A stretch of DNA of 61,431 bases, counting the filler, from Squatina squatina (Eukaryota), in assembly GCA_031763465.1 (NCBI GenBank). It is 4 parts of 3 records of this genome, joined end to end, with 100 filler letters (N's around TTAATTAATTAA, not from the genome) between each part and the next. Parts side by side here need not be neighbours in the genome. Positions count along the whole stretch, not along the records: positions 15,911 to 29,467 come from JARFOE010000073.1; positions 29,568 to 42,853 come from JARFOE010000121.1; 2 more parts are not named here. One strand, written 5' to 3'. Numbering within the stretch: the first letter of the stretch is position 1; the number at the start of each line of letters is the position of its first letter. A program made the translations under genes and the position numbers. A model generated the notes under the pieces. That model was not told where the DNA came from, ran no database searches, and was given only the letters and a program-made list of their open reading frames with translations. This document shows, in pieces, positions 25,488 to 37,031 of this stretch.

Positions 25488-25765
25488 ACCATCTCCTTTT
25501 GTCTTGCATCATCTCTTAATGTGCCTTAATCTCTTCTGCCTTCCACCCGATCACAGACCTTCCCTTTTGGTCTTTCCTCCCCCTCCCCCTGCACTTGCTT
25601 AAAAACCTGCTACATTTCTTACTTTGTTCAGTTCTGACGAAGGATCATTGACCTGAAACGTTAACTCTGTTTCTCTCTCCACAGATGTTGCCTGACCTGC
25701 TGAGCTTTTCCAGCACTTCTTGTTTGTATTTCAGATTCCAGCATCCGCAGTATTTTGCTTTCGTT
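25488..25765 (+). mobile_element. Penelope-like element terminal repeat (pLTR)
   Basis: Pyrimidine-rich stretch, hammerhead motif, then GATGTTGCCTGACCTGCTGAG...TTCCAGCA; related copies at 8395-8640 and 38643-38800. Confidence 0.78.
25630..25666 (+). ncRNA. Minimal type I hammerhead ribozyme motif
   Basis: AGUU-CUGACGA-AGG(AUCAUUGA)CCU-GAAA-CG-UU^AACU: stem I AGUU/AACU, stem II AGG/CCU, palindromic ACGU stem III; predicted cleavage after 25662. Confidence 0.7.
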
Positions 25766-26123
25766 CAGTTTATCATCACTGGGTTAATCGTAGTGCTCAG
25801 GCTCCTCTCGCAAAACACTTATCCAGTTTACAAACAAAAAATGCTGGAAAATCTCAGCTCGCTTCTGACTTATCCAGTTTATCTCTCTGTCCCAATATCG
25901 GTCAATAGCTCCCGTCTCTCATGTCTGTGCCCTATAGGCAGTCCTCTAATACTAACTCCATTTCTCCCCGTTGCTTAACCACAAAGTTTGCTCCCCTTTT
26001 TACCACTGAAACCACCGAGGTGATTATCTGCAAGAACATTTTTGTGTCCTTCTGCGCGTGCGCACAGTTGGTCCCGTCCCTTTTTACTCATGCACACCCA
26101 ATCCCCTTATGTGCATGGTCAGC

Positions 26124-26319
26124 GAGAAAGAGAGAGGGGTCGGAGAGGGGAGAGAGAGAGACAGGGGGCTGAAATGAAGGGTCAGAGAGAGAGACAGGGG
26201 TCAGGAGAAAGACAGAGGGAGAGGGGTCAGAGAAAGGTTGGAGGGAGGAGAGAGAGGGGTTGGAGGGAGGGGAGAGAAAGAGACACAAGGGGGTTGGAGA
26301 GAGAAAAATACACATGGGG
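26124..26319. repeat. GA-rich polypurine low-complexity tract
   Basis: Degenerate (GA)n/(GAGG)n sequence. Confidence 0.85.
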
Positions 26320-26512
26320 NNNNNNNNNNNNNNNNNNNNNNNNNNNNNNNNNNNNNNNNNNNNNNNNNNNNNNNNNNNNNNNNNNNNNNNNNNNNNNNNN
26401 NNNNNNNNNNNNNNNNNNNGCATGGTGTTTTGTATCCTCCTGCTGTACCAGCTTTCCATCTCTCCGAGTTACATACGACAATGACAGGCAAGAAAGGACC
26501 AGCTGGTCCATC

Positions 26513-26958
26513 AAGAAAGATTTGCATTTATATGGTGCCTTACACCACCGGACATCCCAAAACACTTTACAGCCAATGAAGTACTTTTTGGAGTGTATTC
26601 ACTGTTGTAATGTAGGAAACGCAGCAGCCAATTTGCACAAAGCAAGCTCCCACAAACAGCAATGTGATAATGACCAAATAATCTGTTTTTAGTGATATTG
26701 ATTGAGGGATAAATATTGGCCAGGACACCAGGGAGAACTCCCCTGCTCTTTGAAATAGTACCATAGGATCTTCGACGTTCACCTGAGAGGGGAGATGGGG
26801 CGTCGCTTTAACACCTCATCTGAAACAGTGCAGCACTCACTCAGCACTGCACTGGAGTGTCAGCCTTTATTTTCATGCTCAAGTCTCTGGAGTGGGACTT
26901 TGAACCTATAATCTTCTGACTCAAAGGCGAGAGTGCTACCCGCTGAGCCACAGCTGTC
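26513..26958 (-). mobile_element. Near full-length SacSINE1-like DeuSINE
   Basis: Minus strand has a tRNA-derived head (TGGCTCAGCGGGTAGC A-box, GGTTCAAAGTCCC B-box), central domain and L2-like TATAAATGCAAATCTTTCTT tail. Confidence 0.85.
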
Positions 26959-27482
26959 ATACGTGAGAGGAAAGCTTGGCCTACTCCTGTTCCTATGTTC
27001 CTATGAGATTTTAGGAGGAAAGAAGTTGAGGAGTTTTGAAGTCCTATGAAAGAAAAATTCTGAGAAAAAATTGGTGTAATGTCCCGGTATACATATACAA
27101 ACTAATCATATATTTACATCAATAGCCCTTTTGATATTAGATTTTCTTTGTAATTTGCAAAATGATTTAGACCTTAAAAGCCAAGATTTAGAGAACACCA
27201 CAGAGCCACTGCCCATTTAATTAGCTATACTCTCTAAATAAACTGAAGCTTGTTAACAGCACATATACTATTATTATTATTCTGCATGAAAAGTGCTGTC
27301 ACAATCCTTGGGGGATTAATAACAGTTTTGATATAAGCAATTATAGGGTAATGAGATATTTTTCTGGTAGCCCTTTTACATTTATTAAACCTTAGAGTGT
27401 AATCTTACAAACCAACTTATGACAGAAATGCATCATAACGACCTCAGCTTTATGAACCATTGTTTTATTTTTATTCATGTTT

Positions 27483-27799
27483 CTAGAACTCCCCTGGCGC
27501 TGAATGTAACAGGAGCAGCATTTTTCGCTTGTGTGTAGCACAGTAATATTGTAAATAGTCTGCCTTGTTCCCAACAGTAGCTGGGTACGTGCTCCCTTCA
27601 GTACATGAAGGAAAACAATGGCCGTACAGCCTGTGCCTGAAATAATTAATAACAAGGCACGAAATGGCCCTCTGCTCGACAGTTCCAATCACAGAGCAAA
27701 TTGAAATTGTAGCGTGACCCAGTGTGTTGGAACACTGTCCTTTCACCTCTGGGTACTGTGTATGCATCCGGCCCAGATAGACAGGATTAAAGGTCACCT
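27483..27799 (-). CDS. Putative terminal coding exon of an unidentified gene
   Basis: Pyrimidine-rich acceptor (cctttctgtttgacactcag|), 104-codon non-repetitive frame VTFNPVYLGRMH...LLLLHSAPGEF*, two AATAAA just after the stop (27464-27475). Confidence 0.42.
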
Positions 27800-28199
27800 C
27801 TGAGTGTCAAACAGAAAGGAATCTCAGGCGAAAGAAGTCTGGGCATCTCTAACCTAGCTCTTAGCAGACAGGAGCCCACAGCAGGTGTCCTTCGAATGAT
27901 GTGCTAATTGACATTGATTCNNNNNNNNNNNNNNNNNNNNNNNNNNNNNNNNNNNNNNNNNNNNNNNNNNNNNNNNNNNNNNNNNNNNNNNNNNNNNNNN
28001 NNNNNNNNNNNNNNNNNNNNGAAAAATTGCACGTAAAAGGGGCAATTCCCTACATTTTACAAGCTTATTTTTTCACCGAACTCACCTTATTCAAGCTTGG
28101 AAGGAATGAATAAATCTACTCCACATTGGCACTCAGGATGGTTGGCTTTGTTGCGAATATATAAGCGAGGAAAAGAAGCCTTCCCAGTGTCCCAGTTCC

Positions 28200-28410
28200 T
28201 GACTTGCAGTGTGTAACTGAACCATACAGACCCTGAAGATCCCAGGTTCGATCTTTGTTCTGTGCTACATGAACTGAACACGGCTAAAGTGATGGCAGGA
28301 GTGCTATAATTGGCCTCAGTGCCCCTGTGTAGGGAGAGGGAAAGATTTTGCCAGGATTCCTGCTCCTGGATGCTTTCCCGTAAGCACTACTGGACACTGG
28401 GTGAAGGTCT
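28200..28410 (+). mobile_element. tRNA-derived SINE (LmeSINE1c/UCON3-like)
   Basis: B-box GGTTCGATC followed by GCTATAATTGGCCTCAGTGCCCCTG...GCCAGGATTCCTGCTCCTG core. Confidence 0.55.
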
Positions 28411-28520
28411 CCGTCCTGACTGCAAAAAACCCCAGGACATTTGAGGCTTTTTGAAAGCATTGTTGGGACACCGGGACGTTTGGGTAAAAACCGGGACTGT
28501 CCCGATTTTGGTCACCCTAT
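28410..28520. mobile_element. hAT (Blackjack-like) non-autonomous element end
   Basis: Repeated CGGGAC/GTCCCG subterminal motifs ending in TGGTCACCCTA. Confidence 0.5.
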
Positions 28521-29467
28521 CCTGTCATGGGGAAACAGAATACTGCCCTGTGGAAGCACATGCCTCCCGTTTGGTTGATTAATAGAGCAGGTCAGACATT
28601 GAAAGCGGCCCATGCTGCTACCTAGAGGAAGAGGGTATGTAGCTAACGGGTGCAAACGGTGGGGGATAAATATGGGTGGAGAGACACTGAAGTAGACAGT
28701 CTGAAATGCCAAAAGTGAGCGCACTGCATTTGTGAACCTTTTGTTGCCCTCTTTCTACTGGCAAAGTATTTCACTCTTTCAAATTACAAAAGTGACAAGT
28801 AAATAAGGAAAATGAAGGCGACAAATTCAGCCAAATATAAAGGACTTCATCAATACAAAAAAATGACACAGCACAGCATAAATCAGAGCTGTCAGCGCTG
28901 TCCCAAGCCAAGAAAACATGGTTGCTAATGGCTTTGTTTTATCAAAGGGCCTCGTGGAAACTGGCCAGAAAGACTTTGAAAAGAGAAAAAAAACAACCCT
29001 GAAGAATTAGCACATCAATGCCGCCTTTCTCTCCGCTGATAGAGTGTAACGGGGCTCATGAAAATTTAACAGCAGGCTAGACGTTTGCTCCCAGTCAGTC
29101 ACAGCAGACACTTCCTAATCAGTGGAGTCTGTACCCAGACAGTGCCTCTCAGACATACAGTACGTCATAAAAATTTCACATTTTAAAAAAATGTTCACAC
29201 TTAAAATGGAAATCACGTCCTCCTCTTGAAAATTATGACATTTTTATAGCACTTAGAAAACAGAAACAATGCTTAATAGCATCTAATTTGTCTTCTGTTC
29301 TGACGCCTCCTGTAAGAAAGCATAGTACTGGCAATCCAGCTGGTGACTTAATGGAAGCCATTGTGGCACCTACAACTGAATACACACTTCTGCCTTGTCA
29401 CACCGTGTATGTCACACTGTGCATCCCTGATTTTAATCGCTCCACCATTGGCAGCCGTGCCTTCAGC

Positions 29468-29567
29468 NNNNNNNNNNNNNNNNNNNNNNNNNNNNNNNNN
29501 NNNNNNNNNNNTTAATTAATTAANNNNNNNNNNNNNNNNNNNNNNNNNNNNNNNNNNNNNNNNNNNN
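29468..29567. other. Artificial concatenation spacer
   Basis: N44-TTAATTAATTAA-N44. Confidence 0.97.
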
Positions 29568-29801
29568 TGACGCTCACATTGATAGATGGACAATTGTGAT
29601 ATTGCAAGTTAGTGGTAATAGTCATCGATTGTATGGAAATAAAACAGTCAGCATATCTCATAGTTAATCTAATATGCAGTGGGACTATATTTAAAAAAAA
29701 ACTATATGTTCCCAGTGAAGTCAAATCACATTTAAAAATAAACATTTTCACTTTTTTTGAATTTGCTTTTGAGTTCTACTATAGTGATCTGAAGGCTGTG
29801 T

Positions 29802-29810
29802 AAAGGATAA
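29802..29810 (-). other. ALG12: U12-type 5' splice site variant TTATCCTTT
   Basis: Immediately follows the TGG GGA (WG) codons; matches RTATCCTTT except at +1; no good GT donor nearby. Confidence 0.65.
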
Positions 29811-29914
29811 TCCCCATTTGGAGCTCTTATTCAAGACTGTGTTGTACCAAAGTACTTCTCCCTCAGGCCATAGGAGACGTCCCCAAAATATAGAATCCAC
29901 ACACACGGTTAGAC
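29811..29914 (-). CDS. ALG12: ALG12 alpha-1,6-mannosyltransferase exon
   Basis: tttcag| acceptor; [35 protein letters not shown], 104 nt. Confidence 0.92.
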
Positions 29915-30017
29915 CTGAAAGGAAACATACTGGAATGTTACTAGATGTGTTATTTGGGTGTACGGACAAGTCGTTAAATTCAAGTCCCTGTCGAAGAACA
30001 AACAGTATGTTACTTAC

Positions 30018-30212
30018 CCAACCACACCAAACCAGCTGGTACCGCATGGCACAGACTTTTGAAAATAGAAATATGATGGTTCACGACTGACAGCAACAGC
30101 ATGAGGCCCAGGAATATGCAAAGCTCAGATCGGAACACAATGATAGATAAAGCAGAAAGCCAGATAAAGGTGCCATGGTTCTGCTGCATCCAGGCAGTAA
30201 ACGCCAAGATAA
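30018..30212 (-). CDS. ALG12: ALG12 exon
   Basis: gcag| ... G|gtaagt, 195 nt; [40 protein letters not shown]...[10 protein letters not shown]. Confidence 0.93.
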
Positions 30213-31223
30213 CTGCAACATAGATGAAATATACAGCTTTCAATGGATGTGCCCTGTACAGACTATAAAAACTATTTAATTTTTTTTTAAACCCTCACTG
30301 GAAGTAAAAGATTTGCATATCAACAGTCACTCCATTAGAACAGTTCCATTGTTACAGGCACTGAATATTCTCAGTCACTAACTTCAGGTGTCAGCCTCGG
30401 CTCAGTGGTAACACTTGTCCTGGAGTCAGAAGGTTGTGGGTTCATGTCCCACTCCAGCATTNNNNNNNNNNNNNNNNNNNNNNNNNNNNNNNNNNNNNNN
30501 NNNNNNNNNNNNNNNNNNNNNNNNNNNNNNNNNNNNNNNNNNNNNNNNNNNNNNNNNNNNNNNNNNNNNNNNNNNNNNNNNNNNNNNNNNNNNNNNNNNN
30601 NNNNNNNNNNNNNNNNNNNNNNNNNNNNNNNNNNNNNNNNNNNNNNNNNNNNNNNNNNNNNNNNNNNNNNNNNNNNNNNNNNNNNNNNNNNNNNNNNNNN
30701 NNNNNNNNNNNNNNNNNNNNNNNNNNNNNNNNNNNNNNNNNNNNNNNNNNNNNNNNNNNNNNNNNNNNNNNNNNNNNNNNNNNNNNNNNNNNNNNNNNNN
30801 NNNNNNNNNNNNNNNNNNNNNNNNNNNNNNNNNNNNNNNNNNNNNNNNNNNNNNNNNNNNNNNNNNNNNNNNNNNNNNNNNNNNNNNNNNNNNNNNNNNN
30901 NNNNNNNNNNNNNNNNNNNNNNNNNNNNNNNNNNNNNNNNNNNNNNNNNNNNNNNNNNNNNNNNNNNNNNNNNNNNNNNNNNNNNNNNNNNNNNNNNNNN
31001 NNNNNNNNNNNNNNNNNNNNNNNNNNNNNNNNNNNNNNNNNNNNNNNNNNNNNNNNNNNNNNNNNNNNNNNNNNNNNNNNNNNNNNNNNNNNNNNNNNNN
31101 NNNNNNNNNNNNTCCTGGACTTTACCAACCCCACTATAAAACTGGAATATAGTTCATACATTTACAATGGACCCCCATCTCCACAAAAGAATAAACAATA
31201 AAGAGTTACAAAGCTGCACTCAC

Positions 31224-31397
31224 CAATAGGAAATGCAAAGATATTTGGGAGAGTTCTTGAGCAGTAGAAGAGAAGATGAAACTGAGTTGCTGAGATCCAA
31301 CAGTAAAAACAAGCCACTGTTGAGCCAAACTGTTTCCTTACTTCTTTCTGAAACTTCCATAGTGCATAAATCACACAGAGACCCAGGCATCCTCGAA
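31224..31397 (-). CDS. ALG12: ALG12 exon
   Basis: cag| ... G|gtgagt, 174 nt; [25 protein letters not shown]...[20 protein letters not shown]. Phases join correctly with the next two exons. Confidence 0.93.
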
Positions 31398-31424
31398 CTG
31401 TTGAACAAAAACATAAAGGAAGCT

Positions 31425-31660
31425 GAACAACAGCTACTTGTATTTATATAGTGCCTTTAACGTCAGCACTTCACAGGAGCATTAGGAGATAAAAACTTTG
31501 ACACCAAGCTGCATAAGGAGAAATTAGGGCAGGCTTGGTCAATGAGGTAGATTTTAAGGAGTGTCTTGAAGGAGGAAAGAGTGATAAGAGAGGTGGAGAG
31601 GTTTAGGCAGGGAATTCCAGAGCTCAGGGCCTAGACACAGCCACCAATGGTTGAGCGATT
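31425..31660 (-). mobile_element. L2 LINE 3' end
   Basis: Reverse-complement similarity to the L2 tail near 24800-24900; LWNSLP motif. Confidence 0.7.
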
Positions 31661-32593
31661 NNNNNNNNNNNNNNNNNNNNNNNNNNNNNNNNNNNNNNNN
31701 NNNNNNNNNNNNNNNNNNNNNNNNNNNNNNNNNNNNNNNNNNNNNNNNNNNNNNNNNNNNCCTTTCCTACTGAGTCATTCTGCATTTTCCCAGATAATTT
31801 ATCCCTGTAACTGCTCAACAAGACTACCCAATTATTACCAAATAATGGACACTTCCATGCACTTGCAGGCTCCAGGAAGCTGATTTATACTTTTACGACT
31901 TTCAGTCTGGGCCAGATTCAAATCCAGGTCTCCGAAATAAACTTACAGGACCCTTGCTCGGAACCATTAAAATCAACGAAATGTAAATAAGGCGAGTTCT
32001 ATAATGGGTGGATGACCCGCTCTGCCATATTGCCTCCCAATTAGCGGAGACAAATCCTTACCCCATTGTTTATTACTAATGATAGAGTTAGATGGCACTG
32101 TGGTGATTTTCCAAATTTTGCCCTTTCATAGCTAACTTTAAGTCTCCCTGGTGTTCAGACCCACTTTCCATTTACATTCCATTCCTCCCTCAGTCCTGCA
32201 CTCATTTCTCAAGATAGGCCTGTAACACAGCCCTCATAGTCCTCAACAAGCAGTTTTGTCTCTAATTTACATGTTCCAATTTTATGATGGGATCAAGAAG
32301 TAGTGATGATAAGAGAGAAAGCTCATTACTAATTTTTGCTGGTCTTGCTCATCTTTTTAATCACTTTCTCAAAAAAAAATTTAAATTGATGACTAGAGGG
32401 GAAAAAATGCCCCATAATTCATTTTTCGTCTGGAGGAGCCCTGCAGAATAATATGATGCATTTATGTAGCTTAAGACAAGCTTGCAAAGTCAGAATATTA
32501 AGACTAAAAGCACAGTGAAGAAATGTAAACTGTGGTTGCATATATTCACCATACTCTCTTGTGCTTTTTGACAGATGGCCCTTCTTTAATCAG

Positions 32594-32788
32594 TTAGGTG
32601 GGTATTGTTGATGTGTCGAGGGGGTCAGGCTTGTCTGTTGAACATAAATAACTTCTCCACTCTGTCGGTTGAGGACTTGTAGATTCTTTGGATATTGATT
32701 TTGGGGTGGGAAAGTCTAAAAAATCAGACAGTGTGACTCCCAGTGAGAGCGTGTAAAACCTTTCCATTTTATCGAACTCTGAAGAAAA
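32594..32788 (-). CDS. Putative terminal exon, unidentified
   Basis: poly-T + aaag| acceptor, phase-0 frame FSSEFDKMERFYTLSLGVTLSDFLDFPTPK...DTSTIPT*; no homolog recognised. Confidence 0.3.
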   Translation of the reverse strand, partial: FSSEFDKMERFYTLSLGVTLSDFLDFPTPKSISKESTSPQPTEWRSYLCSTDKPDPLDTSTIPT

Positions 32789-35502
32789 CTTTAAAAAAAA
32801 AAAGCAGATCCAATTACCACTCCTCATTTAACTTATTTCGCTCCTGTGCTCTAGCTTTTAGATCCATATCTGTGTAGATTCTTGGATTACCCTAAATGTG
32901 AAGCTAAGATCTCAGATTTCAAGAAAAATCAATACAATATGTACAGTTTAAAGGACTGTCAAAATCCAGTTACATTTTTAGTGAACCTCCAAAGAGAGGA
33001 TCATTAAAGATGCACTGTTGCCATGGTGAGGATCTTCCAAGATCCATTAGTAAGCACAAAGAACGGTGCCGTGATAAGAGAGCAAAACTATGTTTCCAAT
33101 TATATCTGATGCACCAAATTATTTTTAGCATGGTTTGCATTTTCAGACTTTTTGAACTAGANNNNNNNNNNNNNNNNNNNNNNNNNNNNNNNNNNNNNNN
33201 NNNNNNNNNNNNNNNNNNNNNNNNNNNNNNNNNNNNNNNNNNNNNNNNNNNNNNNNNNNNNGTCAGGAAAACGTGTTCCCCATGCCCATGAATCCCCAGG
33301 ACAGAAAATCTGGGACTGGAGTGTGTGCCACTTCTTAACATGCATCTAGCAAGTACGAGAGAATCCTTTTCAACCACTTTCATTCTTTTAATGGAGCCTG
33401 TGATTTCTGTGTCTCAATGAATCAATATCCAGCACCGTCTACAGATATGGTCACAGGCTTAGAGCCTGTTTCAGAATTCACATCTACTTTGTGATGGCTC
33501 AGCCAGACTACGGGTTACAGAGAGTTGTTTGGCTGGCACATTAATCATTAAACTCAACACCGATGATAAAAATAGACGATACTCAATGGAGAACAGTGAG
33601 CTACAAAATTTACTGTGATTTATTACACATGTTTCACCCATGAATAAGCTAAATACTGCAGTTTTCCATTGAGCGCTCTGTTCATAATATTCATATATAC
33701 CTTTCTTTTTATTAACTAAGATCATTTCAATTTAAATTAACTACTCTGGTTTTACCAGTGATAGGGACTATTACAGTAAAGAAGGCTTTTTAATATTCCT
33801 GAGTGGTTTTTGTGAGCTGCCTCTCCAGCTACGAAGAGATTCATCTTTCAAATTCATCAGCCCATCTCTGCTCTAAAAAGAACAGATTGCAGCGCAGTCT
33901 TTTAACTCCAAGACTTGGCCTATGTGTTTTAATGTCTCTGAGAACAAATTATTTTTTACAAAACTGTTCACTTGTTTGGGGTTCATTTACTTCAGAGAGA
34001 TGTCTGCTTTTAAAGTAATAGATTATTCACTGTTGCCAAATGATTTACTGATGTTTACTTTTAGAGGTATAGAATTGAAAAGTAGTGATGTTATGCTAAA
34101 CCTGTATGAAACCGTGGTTAGACCACACTAAGGGAAGGTCNNNNNNNNNNNNNNNNNNNNNNNNNNNNNNNNNNNNNNNNNNNNNNNNNNNNNNNNNNNN
34201 NNNNNNNNNNNNNNNNNNNNNNNNNNNNNNNNNNNNNNNNTGAACCAGAAGATTTACTGACGTGATTAAGCAGCATTTAGAAAATACAAAGCCTCTTCAT
34301 AGCTCTTTGTTCAATGAAAATAAATTTGTACACTGCGTGATCAGGGCCAATTGAAGGTCCAATGAGCTAAGGTAATAAATGTGGAGACAGTAAGCCCAAA
34401 AATTTAATTTGTGTTCTCTAAAATAGCTTTAGGCACAAAATTAAAATTTGTATTTCTGCAACAATAAGTTTTAATAATGTCGCCAAATATTATGGGGTAA
34501 TTTTTCATCTGTCTGTCATTAAAGACCTTTATATAATTATTGGCTAATGAATGCCTTCAACTGTTGCCAATATGGGGATGCGGCAACAGGATGATTCATA
34601 GCTGGCAGGAAGTTAAGTCACCCAATTAGAATTCACCCACAATAATAACAGTCTAGCACATTAGCTGTCGGGAAATGACTCTCCTCCCGCAGAAAACATC
34701 AAGAGAGTTCTAATCCCAATGTGCTGTTCAGAACATTGCAACATAATGGCATATCAAAATTGAAAGGCTGATTTCCTGATTTGAAGCTGGCAATCATTGT
34801 GGAAGGGAAACTGTTGAGGAGGGCGATGATCTTTGACAAGGGAGTGCATCCCTCTTCCCCGCCTGCAATCTACGTTGAGTGAAACAAACTTGGTAGGAAA
34901 TTACAAAGTTGTTGAATGTTATCTCAACCAACAGAAGGACTGGGAAGGAGGTCCTTTTCAAAAAAAATCAATGGCAAGACAAGTAAAGGTGTTCAATGAC
35001 TAGACAGGAGACTGATCAGGCATCTGATGTGCATTTTTAGCATTCCAATTGTGTGCTCTGTTATGATCATGGTGGAAGAATGGTTTTGTTATAATGAGGC
35101 TCAGCTGGCTTCCTGAGTAAGCAGACAGGAAACATTGGCCAAGACTGTGGAAGGTAGACTTGATCTCCCAAGATCCATCCAGACACTTCTATTATTTGGT
35201 CAAAGGCTGCCAGCATTGCTTTAAAATGAAGCCATAGTGCCAACAAAGCACATATTCACTTGCATAATTTGCCTCTGCTGATCATAAAAGGGCTGGACAT
35301 TGAGAACATGAAATCCTTTCCTGTTGATGTAGTTAATGGAATAAATCAAGGAAGCATATGTAGGATCATGGGNNNNNNNNNNGCATCTTACCATGCTGAT
35401 AATTTGCAGTACCCTGGTACACATTCACTGGTTGTCTATGAGGAACAGGATGAACTGATTTATACCATCAAACCATGCATTTGGAACTTGATTTGTAACT
35501 AA

Positions 35503-35782
35503 AACTGCCTATTTCCACTTCTGTAACATTGCCCGACTCCACCCCACCTCAGCTCATCTGCTGCTGAAGCCCTCATCCATGCCTTTGTTTCCTCTAGACT
35601 TGACTATTCCAAAGTACTTCTGGTTGGCCTCCCACGTTCTACCCTACGTAAACTTGACGTCATCCAAAACTCGGCTGCCCATGTCCTGACTCACACCAAG
35701 TCCCATTCATCCATCACCCTTGATCTTGCTGACCTATGCTGGCTCCCGGTTAAGCAATGCCTCAATTTTAAAATGTTCATCG
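35503..35782 (+). mobile_element. L2-clade LINE fragment
   Basis: Close paralog of 24455-24730 (AYFH..NIARL...SRLDYS). Confidence 0.85.
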
Positions 35783-36488
35783 TTNNNNNNNNNNNNNNNN
35801 NNNNNNNNNNNNNNNNNNNNNNNNNNNNNNNNNNNNNNNNNNNNNNNNNNNNNNNNNNNNNNNNNNNNNNNNNNNNNNNNNNNNCAATGGGATCCTTTCA
35901 CTTTCAAAACAAAAGGTTTAGGTTTACTTACATGCTTTGATCAGTTTTTAAACTCTGATACAGTTCTAGCAGTGCATCCACACTCCAAAAGTTTAGCAGT
36001 AGTGTAAAGCTGAAATTGCTTCTCACAGCTGTTAAGCTTGGGAGTGTGATTTGGGTGCAAGGGCATGAGCTGACTGAGGTAAAGTGGAACGATACTTCCT
36101 CCTCCAGGGAATTTCATTCTACTTCATTCTAGTTTCAGGTTAAGCCCTGAAACTGGACTTGGACTGCATTTACGCCGTACCTGTAACTTCGGGGAATTTA
36201 ACAACGGGGCGCCAACGAGGCGTTGCGCCCACTGATGACATCATCGGAGGCGCTAACACAATCTTGCCTGACCGCAGAGGCAATAAAACGGTAAATCCAA
36301 CAGCCACAGCCTCCACACAATCCACCACCGAGACACAGGCAGGGGGCCACGGGCCCCCTGCCATAGCAAGAGGCAGACATCCCCAAGCAGCAGCAGAACC
36401 AGCAGCTGAACCACCAGCACCAGTCCCACCAGCTGCGGACCAGCAACAGGGCCAAGGAAGAGGAAGGGCCAGAGGCAACATTCCAAGC

Positions 36489-37031
36489 AAGCCCTACCCA
36501 CGCAGGGATTTCCGTCAGCAATTCAGCTACCTCGACCTTTCTGAGGAGCTGTGTTTGAGAAGATTTTGATTCTCCCTGGACATCATAACAGAGCTTTGCC
36601 ACCTGCTCATCCCAGATCTCGAGCCACAATTGCAGGTGAGGACAGCTCTGTCTGTAGCTGTCAAGGACACCATTGCTCTCAACTTCTTTGCCAATGGCTC
36701 CTTCCAGGAAGCCACTGGAGATATGAACAACATCTCCTAATTTGCAGTTCACCGCGCCATCTGAGATTTCACTAATGCTTTCTTCAGGAAAAGAACCCGA
36801 TACATCATTTTCCCATGTCAAGACCAAAGGTCACGGAGCGCCAAACTGGATTCCTCCGAATGGCTGGCTTCCCGATGGTACATGGTGCCATCGATTGCAC
36901 TCACTTAGCCATAAGATCAGCCAGAATGGTTCCGCAACTGCAAGGGCTTCCTCTCCATGAACATTCAGCTGGTGTACAATCACAAGAGGATGATCATGGC
37001 CGTCGAGGCCCACTTTCCAGGACGTTGTCAT
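36489..37031 (+). pseudogene. Decayed PIF/Harbinger (HARBI1-like) transposase
   Basis: SYLDLSEELCLRRF*FS...ALSVAVK...ALNFFANGSFQ...AGFPMVHGAIDCTHLAI...KGFLSMNIQLV...AHFPGRCH, with stops and frameshifts. Confidence 0.9.

Noticed and set aside
26880-26958. tRNA gene
   Set aside because: It is the tRNA-derived head of a SINE, continuous with the SINE body; the same applies at ~30387-30461 and ~42270-42330.
30405-31201. Long ORFs spanning N runs (also near 6025-6759, 46161-46710, 49538-50159)
   Set aside because: Artefacts of translating through gaps.
36198-36827. 209-aa minus-strand ORF
   Set aside because: Antisense shadow of the GC-rich decayed Harbinger transposase.
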